Below are positions 1 to 9,173 of a stretch of DNA of 19,056 nucleotides, piece by piece. This stretch comes from Arcobacteraceae bacterium (GTDB taxonomy: Bacteria > Campylobacterota > Campylobacteria > Campylobacterales > Arcobacteraceae), in the NCBI GenBank assembly GCA_048268245.1, contig JBLWVX010000040.1, positions 1 to 19,056 on the forward strand, written 5' to 3'. Numbering within the stretch: the stretch's first letter is position 1; every line of letters starts with the position of its first letter. A program made the position numbers and the translations under genes. The notes below the pieces were generated by a model. The model searched no databases, was not told the origin of the DNA, and saw only the letters and a program-made list of their open reading frames with translations.

Positions 1-523
1 AAGCTTTATGAAAACATGGAATATGATATAAAAAAGCAAATAGATAAAATAGAAAAACAAGAGTTTTATTTATAAGCTCATCTAAATAAAACTCTTGTTT
101 TTCTATTTTATCTATTTGCTTTTTTATATCATATTCCATGTTTTCATAAAGCTTTAGTAAATCATCACTTGCTTGTTTTATACGCCCCAGTCTTTTTAGA
201 CTCTTTTCATCATCTATCTTTCTTTGTAGCATTTGTGTATTCATTTGTATAGTTGATACTGGAATATTTAGTTCATGTATTGTTTCTTTTATACTTTGTT
301 GTAAAGCTTCATCACTTTTAAAAAGTGGTTTTAAAATATTGTTTGCAAAACTTAAAAATATAATTAAGCCCAAAATAACTAAAGGCAAAATAATAAATAT
401 AAAATTTTCTTGATTTAGTCCAAAAATAGATACAAGCATAAAGTTAAAATATAAAACTAATGTAATTGTAATTATAAATACAATTGAAATCGATATTAAA
501 AAGTCTCTTTTTTTAGAATTCAA
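1..523 (-). CDS. Sensor histidine kinase, 5' part (runs off the window; bases ~1-63 corrupted by a fold-back)
   Basis: Hand translation from TTG 523 (RBS AGGA; overlaps regulator stop): two hydrophobic segments, then H-box KETIHELNIPVSTI. Directly downstream of a response regulator. Confidence 0.85.
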   Translation of the reverse strand, partial: MNSKKRDFLISISIVFIITITLVLYFNFMLVSIFGLNQENFIFIILPLVILGLIIFLSFANNILKPLFKSDEALQQSIKETIHELNIPVSTIQMNTQMLQRKIDDEKSLKRLGRIKQASDDLLKLYENMEYDIKKQIDKIEKQEFYLDELINKTLVFLFYLFAFLYHIPCFHKA

Positions 524-1172
524 TTTTATATCCTACACCTTTTATATTTGATAAAGAGTCTTTTCCTAAAAGTTTTTTAATTGAGTTTATATAAACCCTA
601 ATTGAGCCTTCACTATACTCCTCACCTGCACTCCAAAGTTTTGAAATAATCATTTGTTTTGTAACTATTTCACCTCTGTGTTCTATAAAAAGTTCTAGAA
701 GTTCAAGCACTTTAATAGGAAGATTTAAATCAGCTCCACTTTCATATACTCTTTTAGAAATACTATCAAACTCTAAAGTTTCAGTAAGTTTTATAGCTTC
801 AAAACTTTTTTTATTTCTTTTAAATAAAGCTTTTATTCTAAGTATAAGTTCATCTAAATCTACAGGTTTTTTCAAGTAATCATCACAACCTTTTAGAAAA
901 CCTTCATGAAGTGTCTCTTTATCTTTGTATGATGTAAGAAAAATAGATGGTGTTTCATCTCCAGCTTGCCGTAATTGTTCTAAAAGATCAAGACCATTTA
1001 TTTTTGGTACATTTATATCAAAAATATATAAATCATATTTGTTTTCATAGTTTAAGTCTAAACACTGCTCACCATCGTAAGCTATATCTATTTCAAAGCC
1101 TTCATCTTCTAAAAAGTCTTCAATTGTTGATGCAAAAAGTTTATCATCTTCTAGTAATAATATTTTATACAA
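513..1172 (-). CDS. OmpR/PhoB-family response regulator
   Basis: Receiver motifs LLLEDD, FDINVP, DDYLKKP; winged-helix C-terminus SIRVYINSIKK...KGVGYK. Confidence 0.95.
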   Translation of the reverse strand: MYKILLLEDDKLFASTIEDFLEDEGFEIDIAYDGEQCLDLNYENKYDLYIFDINVPKINGLDLLEQLRQAGDETPSIFLTSYKDKETLHEGFLKGCDDYLKKPVDLDELILRIKALFKRNKKSFEAIKLTETLEFDSISKRVYESGADLNLPIKVLELLELFIEHRGEIVTKQMIISKLWSAGEEYSEGSIRVYINSIKKLLGKDSLSNIKGVGYKIEF

Positions 1173-1264
1173 TAATATTTCCCTTAATTTTATAGGTTTA
1201 TATTATATTATGTAATAGTTAAAATTTTGTTAATTTATTTTTATTAGATAGGATTCTTCAAAGA

Positions 1265-1729
1265 TTATTTAAAATCTTTGAAGTTTTGTCTTAAAGCTTC
1301 ATAAGCTACAATTGATACAGAGTTTGCGATATTTAAACTTCTTGCATCATTTGTCATAGGTATTGTAATACACCCTTCTTTATTTTTATCCATAATACTT
1401 TCAGGAAGTCCAGCATCTTCTCTACCAAAATAGAAAAAGTCACCAGTTTCAAACTTAGCATCAAAATAAACTTTATCAGTTTTTGTAGTTGCGAAAAAGT
1501 GTCTATTTGAAATTGGATTTTTTTCCCAAAACTCTTCTATATTTTCATACTCATAAACTTCTAAATCATACCAATAGTCAAGTCCAGCACGTCTTACTTC
1601 TTTTTCTGTAATCTCTCCAAAACCATAAGGCTTTATAAGATGAAGAGTACAGTTCATAGCAAAAGCTAATCTTCCGATAGTTCCAACGTTTCCTGGGATT
1701 CTTGGTTCATGTAATACTATATTAAACAT
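1265..1729 (-). CDS. trmL: tRNA (cytidine/uridine-34-2'-O)-methyltransferase, SPOUT family
   Basis: VLHEPRIPGNVGTIGR, RRAGLDYW, FGREDAGLP, IPM...RSLNIANS...YEALRQ. Confidence 0.95.
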   Translation of the reverse strand: MFNIVLHEPRIPGNVGTIGRLAFAMNCTLHLIKPYGFGEITEKEVRRAGLDYWYDLEVYEYENIEEFWEKNPISNRHFFATTKTDKVYFDAKFETGDFFYFGREDAGLPESIMDKNKEGCITIPMTNDARSLNIANSVSIVAYEALRQNFKDFK

Positions 1730-2562
1730 TATAAAATTACCGTTTTATTTCCGTATACAAATACTCTATCTTCTAGTAATAACTGGAAAGCATTAGATAA
1801 TACGATTTTTTCTACGTTTCTTCCTGCTTTTCTCATATCTTGCCAAGAGAAAGTATGGTCAACTGCTACAACATCTTGAGAAATAATTGGACCTTCATCT
1901 AAATCATCAGTAACATAGTGAGCAGTAGCACCAATAATCTTCACACCTCTTTCATGAGCTTGCTTATATGGATTTGCTCCAATAAATGCAGGTAAGAATG
2001 AGTGGTGAATATTTAACACTTTTTGTGGATATTGTTGAACAAATTTTGGAGTTAAAATTCTCATATATTTTGCAAGTACAATAACTTCTGGCTCATACTT
2101 ATTGATTTCTTCAATCATTAAATCTTCATGAGTCTCTCTATCCATTCCTTCTGCACTAATACAAGTAAATGGAATATTAAATTTCTCAACTAAATCTTTT
2201 AAATCTTCATGATTTGCAATTACAGCTTTAATATTTGCATTTAACTCACCATCAATATATCTAATAAGTAAATCACCTAATACATGAGACTCTTTAGTAG
2301 CTAAGATTACTACATCTTTTTTAGCTTTTTTATTTAGTCTGATTCTTGAGCCTTGTGGTAAAACCTCTTTTAGCTCTTTTAGTAAAATATCTTTTGAAAT
2401 GTTCCCTGAGATTCTTGTTCTCATAAAAAACTTGTTAGTATCTGGGTCAACATACTCAGCATTTCGCTCGATGTTTAAGTTGTTTGCAAAAAGTACTTTA
2501 GAAATGTTGTATACTAAACCTTTTGCATCTTCAGTATCAATTAAAAGTATATACTCTTCCAT
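1729..2562 (-). CDS. purU: Formyltetrahydrofolate deformylase
   Basis: ACT-like N-terminus; VLAKYMRIL, NIHHSFLPAFIGANPYKQAHERGVKIIGATAHYVTDDLDEGPII. Confidence 0.97.
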   Translation of the reverse strand: MEEYILLIDTEDAKGLVYNISKVLFANNLNIERNAEYVDPDTNKFFMRTRISGNISKDILLKELKEVLPQGSRIRLNKKAKKDVVILATKESHVLGDLLIRYIDGELNANIKAVIANHEDLKDLVEKFNIPFTCISAEGMDRETHEDLMIEEINKYEPEVIVLAKYMRILTPKFVQQYPQKVLNIHHSFLPAFIGANPYKQAHERGVKIIGATAHYVTDDLDEGPIISQDVVAVDHTFSWQDMRKAGRNVEKIVLSNAFQLLLEDRVFVYGNKTVIL

Positions 2563-2637
2563 TATCGTCCTATAATATTATTCTCATTAAAATTAAATGA
2601 GAATAATACCTTTTTCTTAATTAATAGATAATTTAAC

Positions 2638-3894
2638 TTATACCATATGAGAAAGTTTTTCTCTATATGCCTCTAAATCAAACTCTTTTACTCTTGCAAC
2701 ACCAGTTTCAACTGCTGCGTTTGCTACTGCTGCACTTACTTCAACCATAAGTCTTTTATCAAATGGTGTTGGAATAATATATTCAGGACCATAAGATAAG
2801 TCACCAAACATCACTTTTAATTCTGGATATAATGGCTCTTTTGCTAAGTCTGCAATAGCTTTAGCTGCAGCCATTTTCATAGTCATGTTAATTTTTCTAG
2901 TTTGCACATCTAATGCACCTCTAAAAATAAACGGAAATCCAAGTACATTATTTACTTGATTTGGGAAATCACTTCTTCCTGTTCCAATAATTGCATTTGG
3001 TCTTACTTCTCTAACTTCTTCAGGGAAAAGCTCAGGTGTAGGATTTGCAAGTGTAAATACGATTGGGCTTTCACTCATAAGTGCAATATGCTCTTTTGTA
3101 AATGTACCAGGTCTAGATAATCCTAATACCATATCAGCATCTCTAAATGCTTCTTCCATAGTAAGTGCATCATCAATCATAAAGTCTTTTTTATACTTGT
3201 TTAGATCTGTTCTACCTTTATGAATAACACCTTTTGAATCACACATAATTAAGTTTTTAACACCTAATTCTTTATACATGTTTGAACAAGAAATAGCTGA
3301 AGCTCCTGCACCTACAACTACTACTTTCATATCTTCTGGTTTTTTATTCATCATAGAAGATGCATTGATTAAACCTGCAGTTGTAATAATAGCAGTTCCA
3401 TGTTGGTCATCATGCATAACTGGAATATTTAGTTCATCAACTAATCTTCTTTCGATTTCAAAACACTCTGGTGACTTTATATCTTCTAAGTTAATTCCAC
3501 CAAATGTTGGTGAAATCGCTTTTACTGTTTCACAAAATTTATCAATATCTTTTTCATCAACTTCAATATCAAAAGAATCTACTGCTGCAAATTTTTTGAA
3601 TAACACAGCTTTTCCTTCCATAACTGGCTTTGAAGCTAATGCTCCAATATCACCAAGTCCTAGTACAGCTGTACCATTTGAAATAACTGCCACTAAATTT
3701 CTTTTTGAAGTATAAGTATATGCAGCTTCTGGGTTTTCTTTGATTTCTTCACAAGGATATGCAACTCCAGGAGAGTATGCAAGAGATAAATCTCTTTGTG
3801 ATTCTAATCTTGTAGTTGTAGCAATAGCAACCTTTCCAGGGTTTGGAACTTTATGGTAATCTAATGCTTCTGTTTTTGTTACTTTAGTACTCAT
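2638..3894 (-). CDS. NAD(P)-dependent malic enzyme (MaeB-type catalytic domain, no PTA-like C-terminal fusion)
   Basis: LSLAYSPGVA, NGTAVLGLGDIG, KPVMEGKAVLFK, INLEDI, HDDQHGTA, GAGASA, ANPTPE, GRSDFPNQVNN; 418 aa. Confidence 0.95.
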   Translation of the reverse strand: MSTKVTKTEALDYHKVPNPGKVAIATTTRLESQRDLSLAYSPGVAYPCEEIKENPEAAYTYTSKRNLVAVISNGTAVLGLGDIGALASKPVMEGKAVLFKKFAAVDSFDIEVDEKDIDKFCETVKAISPTFGGINLEDIKSPECFEIERRLVDELNIPVMHDDQHGTAIITTAGLINASSMMNKKPEDMKVVVVGAGASAISCSNMYKELGVKNLIMCDSKGVIHKGRTDLNKYKKDFMIDDALTMEEAFRDADMVLGLSRPGTFTKEHIALMSESPIVFTLANPTPELFPEEVREVRPNAIIGTGRSDFPNQVNNVLGFPFIFRGALDVQTRKINMTMKMAAAKAIADLAKEPLYPELKVMFGDLSYGPEYIIPTPFDKRLMVEVSAAVANAAVETGVARVKEFDLEAYREKLSHMV

Positions 3895-4229
3895 TCTAAT
3901 CCTTAATATTTCTGCTTTCTTTAAAATGTGGTAAAATAGTAACAGAAGTAAGCTTAAAAAAGATAAATTTTGAAACTAATTTAATTTACAAGTTTCATTT
4001 AAGTTAATTATGTAAAAGTTATGTAAATTACTACATATAATTAATTTTTCTAATACAACTTTAATAATTAAATATATTCTATTTTACATTTAAATGACTG
4101 ATTTCATGGTAATTTATAAATTATTTGATATTTAAAACTTAAAGCTCAAATATTATAAAAAATAAATTTTTAAGCCTTAAGTTTTTTTAAGAATTAGAGT
4201 ATTTTTGAGTAAATTCGTAAAGATTTGAT

Positions 4230-4898
4230 TTAAAGTTTTATAACACCCGCAAATCTACCAGTTTTTGGGTCTTTTCTATAAGAATAATGATCAGTTTCTG
4301 AACATTTTGTACAAATTTTTGAAATTTTTATATTTTTTACTTGATTTTGTTCTAAAATTGCACGGTTTATACCTTGTAGGTCTATATTTTTTCCATTTAT
4401 AAACTCTTTCCCAAAGTTTTTTTCTACTATATTTAAAAGCTCATCGTTTACTTCATAACAACACTTTTGAATACTAGGCCCCATAATAGCTTCAATATTT
4501 TCACCTATACATCCAAAGTTCTTTTTCATAATATCAAGTGCTACTTGCACTATTTTTAAAAAAGTTGAGTTTCTTCCTGCATGAAGTGCAGCTATAACAC
4601 TCTCTTTTTTGTCATGTAAAAGTATAGGTATACAATCAGCAACCATCACCATCAAAGGAAGGTTCTTTTCGTTTGTGATTAAACCATCACAATCATCTAT
4701 ACATCTTGGGGAGTCATGGTTTACTATAACTACATTGTTTCCATGAACTTGATTCATATATCTTAAATCACCAAATCTATATCCATGCTTTTTAGCTAAA
4801 GCTTTTTGATTTTTATCTACATTATGTCTTTTATCTCCAATATGATAAGCTAAATTTCCATCACTTTTATCTGTAAAAACTGCTAATATATCTTCCAT
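4230..4898 (-). CDS. pgeF: PgeF/YfiH-family protein (purine nucleoside phosphorylase / laccase-like)
   Basis: MNQVHG, DGLIT, VADCIPIL, HAGR, GPSIQKCCYEV, CT...YSYR...GR. Confidence 0.92.
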   Translation of the reverse strand: MEDILAVFTDKSDGNLAYHIGDKRHNVDKNQKALAKKHGYRFGDLRYMNQVHGNNVVIVNHDSPRCIDDCDGLITNEKNLPLMVMVADCIPILLHDKKESVIAALHAGRNSTFLKIVQVALDIMKKNFGCIGENIEAIMGPSIQKCCYEVNDELLNIVEKNFGKEFINGKNIDLQGINRAILEQNQVKNIKISKICTKCSETDHYSYRKDPKTGRFAGVIKL

Positions 4899-4982
4899 AA
4901 GTTTCTACCTTTTGATTTTTTTCTTATTGTACTGTAAAAAGTTTGATTTTGATATAATGTTATTTTTAAACAAAGGATACAA

Positions 4983-5594
4983 ATGAATAGATTTGATGAA
5001 GCAGCTAAAACATGGGATAAAAAACAATCAAGTATAGATAGTTCAAATACCTGCGTAAAGAACCTTTTAGAAAAAATTACACTTAAAGATGATGCAGAGA
5101 TTTTAGACTATGGTTGTGGTACTGGATTTATAGCTTTTGCTTTAAGTAATGATACAAATAATATTTTAGGAATGGACTATTCAGATGGAATGGTTTCAAG
5201 ATTTAATGAAAAAGCAAAAGAATTAAACTTCGATAATATAAAAGCTATAAAACATAATATAAATGAAGAAGAACTTCCCAAAGAGCAATTTGACTTAGTA
5301 ATCTCTTCAATGACAATGCATCATATAAAAGATACAAATATGTTTGCTAAAAAATGTTTTGAGGCATTAAAAAAAGATGGTGTTGTATGTATAAATGATC
5401 TTGAAAAAGAGGATGGAACTTTCCATAAAAAACACAACAATGATGGAGTTGAACACTTTGGTTTTGAAAAAGAAGAAGTATGTAAAATCTTTGAAAAAAT
5501 AGGCTTTGAGATTATTTCATCTGATACTGTATTTATTCATGAAAGAAATGATAAGGAGTATCCACTTTTTAATCTAATCGCAAAAAAAAGGTAA
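4983..5594 (+). CDS. Class I SAM-dependent methyltransferase
   Basis: ILDYGCGTG, GMDYSDGM, FDLVISSMTMHHI; RBS AAGGA; extended -10 TGATATAAT at 4950-4958. Confidence 0.92.
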   Translation: MNRFDEAAKTWDKKQSSIDSSNTCVKNLLEKITLKDDAEILDYGCGTGFIAFALSNDTNNILGMDYSDGMVSRFNEKAKELNFDNIKAIKHNINEEELPKEQFDLVISSMTMHHIKDTNMFAKKCFEALKKDGVVCINDLEKEDGTFHKKHNNDGVEHFGFEKEEVCKIFEKIGFEIISSDTVFIHERNDKEYPLFNLIAKKR

Positions 5595-5608
5595 ATAATT
5601 TTACCTTT

Positions 5609-6052
5609 TTAGTGCATTGCACTACATGGACTCATACCAGTTTTGAAAAAGTTTGCTGTAACAGTATCCATAGTTTCAATATGATTTACTAACCAACTTA
5701 ATAAATCTCCTTCTAAATAAAAAATCAAAGAATCAATATCATCACTATTTATAAAACTATTCAATATATAAGCCATATTTTCCAAACATCTATCATGTTC
5801 ACCTTTATGCATCATATAAGGAGGAAATCTTAACTCAAGCATTTTTGCTTCTTCTCCTTTGAAGTGTTTAACTGTATGATCATACCACTTTTCATAACAA
5901 GCAATAAGATCTTTTCTATCTTCATCTTTTTTCGTATTTTTATAAACTACTGATTTTTCATATAGTTCATTTATAATATCAACATCTTCAAAATGTACAT
6001 CATTCATAAAATCTTCTGCAACTAATGGTAAGTTATTTTTATCTATAAGCAT
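5609..6052 (-). CDS. Single-domain bacteriohemerythrin
   Basis: Diiron ligand pattern H...HFxxEE...HKGEH...WLVNHIETMD. Confidence 0.9.
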   Translation of the reverse strand: MLIDKNNLPLVAEDFMNDVHFEDVDIINELYEKSVVYKNTKKDEDRKDLIACYEKWYDHTVKHFKGEEAKMLELRFPPYMMHKGEHDRCLENMAYILNSFINSDDIDSLIFYLEGDLLSWLVNHIETMDTVTANFFKTGMSPCSAMH

Positions 6053-6101
6053 TATCAGCCTTTTTGTTTTTTATGAATTTTTACATAATTTATAAAAATA
6101 A

Positions 6102-6782
6102 TCATTGATTGATATCAATAGTTCTCGTATCTATTATCTTAAATTTTTCAATATCAATATTTGAACTAAAATATTTACCATCTTTTTTATAATGAACTAT
6201 AATCTCTGAGCCATCTATAAATCTCCATGATACAAAACTTTGTAGTTTTTCAAATAATTCGATATATTTCTTTCCAGAAGGAGTTGATAAAACTAAAGAA
6301 AATTTATCTTGAATAGATAATCTTGCATCCTTATTTGTATCTTCTTTTACTACTAAATACATCAAAGCTTTTGTATCTTTTGATGCTGATATTAAATTAT
6401 TCTTTTCTAATCTAAATAGATCTAAAATAAGTTTATCATTTTTTTTAAATAACCAATAAGACTTGCTATTTTCTAAATCTGTAAATAAATAGTTTTTTAC
6501 TGAATAAGTATGCTTTGAATAATATGATTGTTCATAATCTTGTGTTAAAACAAGAGGTGTTAATTGATATTTGTCATTTAAAAACTGTACATTTCCTTCA
6601 AGTTTGTAATTTTCTTTTGAATCTTTATTATTTTGAATATTTACAATATTACTTACTTTTTTATAACTTTTATTTTGAATAAATCCATAAACCAATAAAC
6701 TCACTCCAAGAAGACTAATAGCCAATATAATCAAAGAATTTACTCTCCATATAAATCTAAAAAAACTGTTGTTGTCACTCAT
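6102..6782 (-). CDS. Hypothetical membrane-anchored protein
   Basis: 226-aa ORF with an N-terminal TM helix and a DxNxD-type loop (EDTNKDARLSIQD). Confidence 0.75.
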   Translation of the reverse strand: MSDNNSFFRFIWRVNSLIILAISLLGVSLLVYGFIQNKSYKKVSNIVNIQNNKDSKENYKLEGNVQFLNDKYQLTPLVLTQDYEQSYYSKHTYSVKNYLFTDLENSKSYWLFKKNDKLILDLFRLEKNNLISASKDTKALMYLVVKEDTNKDARLSIQDKFSLVLSTPSGKKYIELFEKLQSFVSWRFIDGSEIIVHYKKDGKYFSSNIDIEKFKIIDTRTIDINQ

Positions 6783-6897
6783 AATAATCCCTATATTTTT
6801 TTATTTACTTTAAAATAATTTTGTGTATTAAAAGTGAATATACGAATATATCAAGAGAGTTTTGATAAAATCATATTTTTAAATTAAGGAAATATAT

Positions 6898-7695
6898 ATG
6901 TCAAAAGAAAAATTCGTAATATTTGGTAATCCAGTAGCTCACTCAAAATCACCACAAATGCAAAATGCAGGTTTTGAAGCATTAAACTATGATGGAGTAT
7001 ATGAAAAACATCATTTAGAAGATGGAGCAACTATAAAAACTACTTTTTTAGAAAACTCATATGAAGGAGCAAATATAACAGTTCCACATAAAGAGTTTGC
7101 ATATAAAAATGCCGATGAAGTAAGAGGTTTAGCAAACAAAATCCAAGCAGTAAACACATATATAAAAGAAAATGGAAAAATCATAGCATACAATACAGAT
7201 GCACCAGGCTTCTTAAAAGCAATAGAGTCTTTTGGAGAGATAAAAAATGTACTACTTTTAGGAGCGGGAGGAACAGCTAAAGCAATCGCCCTAGCCTTAC
7301 AGGAAAAAGGTATCAAAGTAACAGTTCTAAATAGAAGTGCAGGAAAACTAGAGTTTTTTAAAAATGAAGGTATTACTTCATACTCATGGGATGATTTCAA
7401 ACCAGAAGAGTATGACCTAGTTGTAAACTCAACAAGTGCAGGATTAAAAGATGAGTATCTACCATGCGACAAAGAAATCCTAGAACCTATCCTAAAGCAA
7501 GCTTCTTTCGCTTTTGACTGTGTATATGGAAAAATCACACCATTTTTAGCATTAGCTAAAGAGAATAGCTGTGAGATAAAAGACGGTGAAGACATGCTTT
7601 TATATCAAGGTGTCTTGGCGTTCGAATTATTTACGGGTCATAAAGCCGATAATACGGTAATAGAAGCAATGAGAAAAGGTTTAAAAGGAGAATAA
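6898..7695 (+). CDS. aroE: Shikimate dehydrogenase; last 34 codons lie within the att junction
   Basis: GNPVAHSKSP, GANITVPHK, AVNT, NTDAPGF, GAGGTA, NRS, DGEDMLLYQG. Confidence 0.97.
   Translation: MSKEKFVIFGNPVAHSKSPQMQNAGFEALNYDGVYEKHHLEDGATIKTTFLENSYEGANITVPHKEFAYKNADEVRGLANKIQAVNTYIKENGKIIAYNTDAPGFLKAIESFGEIKNVLLLGAGGTAKAIALALQEKGIKVTVLNRSAGKLEFFKNEGITSYSWDDFKPEEYDLVVNSTSAGLKDEYLPCDKEILEPILKQASFAFDCVYGKITPFLALAKENSCEIKDGEDMLLYQGVLAFELFTGHKADNTVIEAMRKGLKGE
7589..7599 (+). repeat. attL core AAGACATGCTT
   Basis: Identical to 17999-18009; near-palindromic; similarity stops immediately upstream. Confidence 0.85.
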
Positions 7696-7710
7696 AAAGT
7701 TCTTCTTTTC
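7683..7710 (+). terminator. Probable terminator overlapping the aroE stop
   Basis: AAAAGGAGAA-TAAAAAG-TTCTTCTTTT hairpin; equivalent hairpin at the other aroE tail. Confidence 0.5.
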
Positions 7711-7727
7711 TAGCCTATATCTAGCTA
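7709..7727 (+). repeat. Putative integrase arm-type sites (left)
   Basis: TCTAGCCTATATCTAGCTA matches TCTAGCCTATTTCTAGTTA at 17855-17873 (17/19). Confidence 0.75.
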
Positions 7728-7793
7728 GATATGGAATAAAATCTTTTTGTTAATTTTAATTTACTTTAAATATAATAAACAAAAGGATTATTA

Positions 7794-7973
7794 ATGCTAC
7801 TAATAAGTGAAAAAAAACTTATCTCTTTATTTAAAAAATATGAATCTTTCAAAAAGATTTTTCATTTAGGAAAAAAAATAAAATATGAAGAATGGAAAGA
7901 TTTACCACTTGATGAAAATTTCCCTACAAATAAAATTTTAGAAGAAAAAAAGGATAAAAACAAATGTCATTAA
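7794..7973 (+). CDS. Small hypothetical protein, 59 aa (not in ORF track)
   Basis: MLLISEKKLISLFKKYESFKKIFHLGKKIKYEEWKDLPLDENFPTNKILEEKKDKNKCH*; RBS AAAAGGA 7781-7787; TATAAT 7771-7776; overlaps next start. Confidence 0.65.
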   Translation: MLLISEKKLISLFKKYESFKKIFHLGKKIKYEEWKDLPLDENFPTNKILEEKKDKNKCH

Positions 7974-8179
7974 GTCTTTATACACAAATAGAAGAGTTTA
8001 CAAAAAATTATAAAAAAGATCTTTGGAAAGAATTACTAAAAGAGAAAAAAGTTCAGGAATATATAGATAATCAAGTAACCATGATAGAAAATGAACTAAA
8101 AGGCTATTTAGATATGGGTTATTATGAAAATGAAGCTATGGAAATTATTAGAGCTGAATATATGAACCCTTCAAATTAG
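7964..8179 (+). CDS. Small hypothetical protein, 71 aa (loosely TnpV/DUF1896-like)
   Basis: RBS AAGGA; helical acidic protein ending GYYENEAMEIIRAEY. Family resemblance is weak and from memory. Confidence 0.65.
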   Translation: MSLSLYTQIEEFTKNYKKDLWKELLKEKKVQEYIDNQVTMIENELKGYLDMGYYENEAMEIIRAEYMNPSN

Positions 8180-8188
8180 GAGAACTAT

Positions 8189-8548
8189 ATGTTAAAAAAA
8201 TACCCTTATGAAAGAAAAGAGATATTTGATTATGATGAATATATCAAATTTATGGAAAGTAAAAAAGTAAGGCATGGAAAAAATAGAACAAATACATTAT
8301 TAGATTTTGTTGATGAAGAAACTCATGCAATGCTATTAAAAAAATGTGCTTTAGACCTAAATAAATTTGATCCTACTCCACCTGAAATAGATAAACATCT
8401 AAATTTTACAACAAGAGTATTAATAGAATTACTAGAGAAATATCCTGATGATGAAGATGTTAAAGAAATTTCTAAAGAAGAAAACACAAAAGAGAGATGT
8501 TCAACTAACTGGTATGAAAAATTTGGATACAAATATACTAATCTTTAA
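8189..8548 (+). CDS. Hypothetical protein, 119 aa
   Basis: RBS AGGAG; third gene of a compact operon. Confidence 0.75.
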   Translation: MLKKYPYERKEIFDYDEYIKFMESKKVRHGKNRTNTLLDFVDEETHAMLLKKCALDLNKFDPTPPEIDKHLNFTTRVLIELLEKYPDDEDVKEISKEENTKERCSTNWYEKFGYKYTNL

Positions 8549-8755
8549 TTTAATTAATATTAAAATTTGATAAGAGAAAGAGATAAAGCTATTTTATCCT
8601 ACTAGTTGTAACTTGTATTTTCTGAGGATATAAATTATGACTATATCTCACAAAAATTAACCTTTAACAGCTAATTAAAGGCAACAGTAACAGAATTCTA
8701 TTGCTTAGGGCTTTCTCAGCCCTAACATATACAAAACTAAACTTTTATATATTAT

Positions 8756-8890
8756 AAGCGTACTAAAACGAGAACTTTTCTAAATTATAAACCTTATGAA
8801 CTTTACAAACTCCCTAAAATTGGCATATTTAAAATCAGAGATTAAAAAATTTATGTATTTTAATGGCTAGTTTCTCATTTTAGTACGCTT
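8756..8890. repeat. 19-bp inverted repeat pair
   Basis: AAGCGTACTAAAACGAGAA (8756-8774) and TTCTCATTTTAGTACGCTT (8872-8890), one mismatch. Confidence 0.85.
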
Positions 8891-8933
8891 TAAAATTTTT
8901 TAAATACTAATCCTCAGTGCCATATACAATCTC

Positions 8934-8962
8934 TTGTAATTGTAATTTAAAATTGATACAAT
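8934..8962 (+). promoter_or_regulatory. Sigma70-type promoter
   Basis: TTGTAA (8934-8939), 17 bp, TACAAT (8957-8962) with extended TG. Confidence 0.6.
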
Positions 8963-8968
8963 TATAGC

Positions 8969-9115
8969 AATGGAAGATACAAGGTCTCCCTTGTACCTTT
9001 TGGTTTTTAATATAATGGTAGTGCGAATACCATTAAAACCATTACTATAATGAGTAATCTCAAAGTGGTGTACTCCTTTCGGGGAGTCGCCCACTACTGC
9101 ACCCAAAGCTTTTTA
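8969..9115 (+). ncRNA. Candidate small structured RNA
   Basis: Four adjacent hairpins downstream of the promoter, the last capped by TTCG; T-run at 9110-9114. Confidence 0.45.
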
Positions 9116-9173
9116 TGTTGTAAAAATTGAACCTGTTATCCTAATTACTTTTATAAGAATGTCCAAAAAAATC

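Noticed and set aside
947..7595. Shadow ORFs 947-1195, 3278-3715 and 7011-7595
   Set aside because: Antisense to well-supported conserved genes; no recognisable motifs.
8900..9106. 68-aa minus-strand ORF
   Set aside because: TTG start with no RBS; the region is better explained by + strand hairpins and a promoter.
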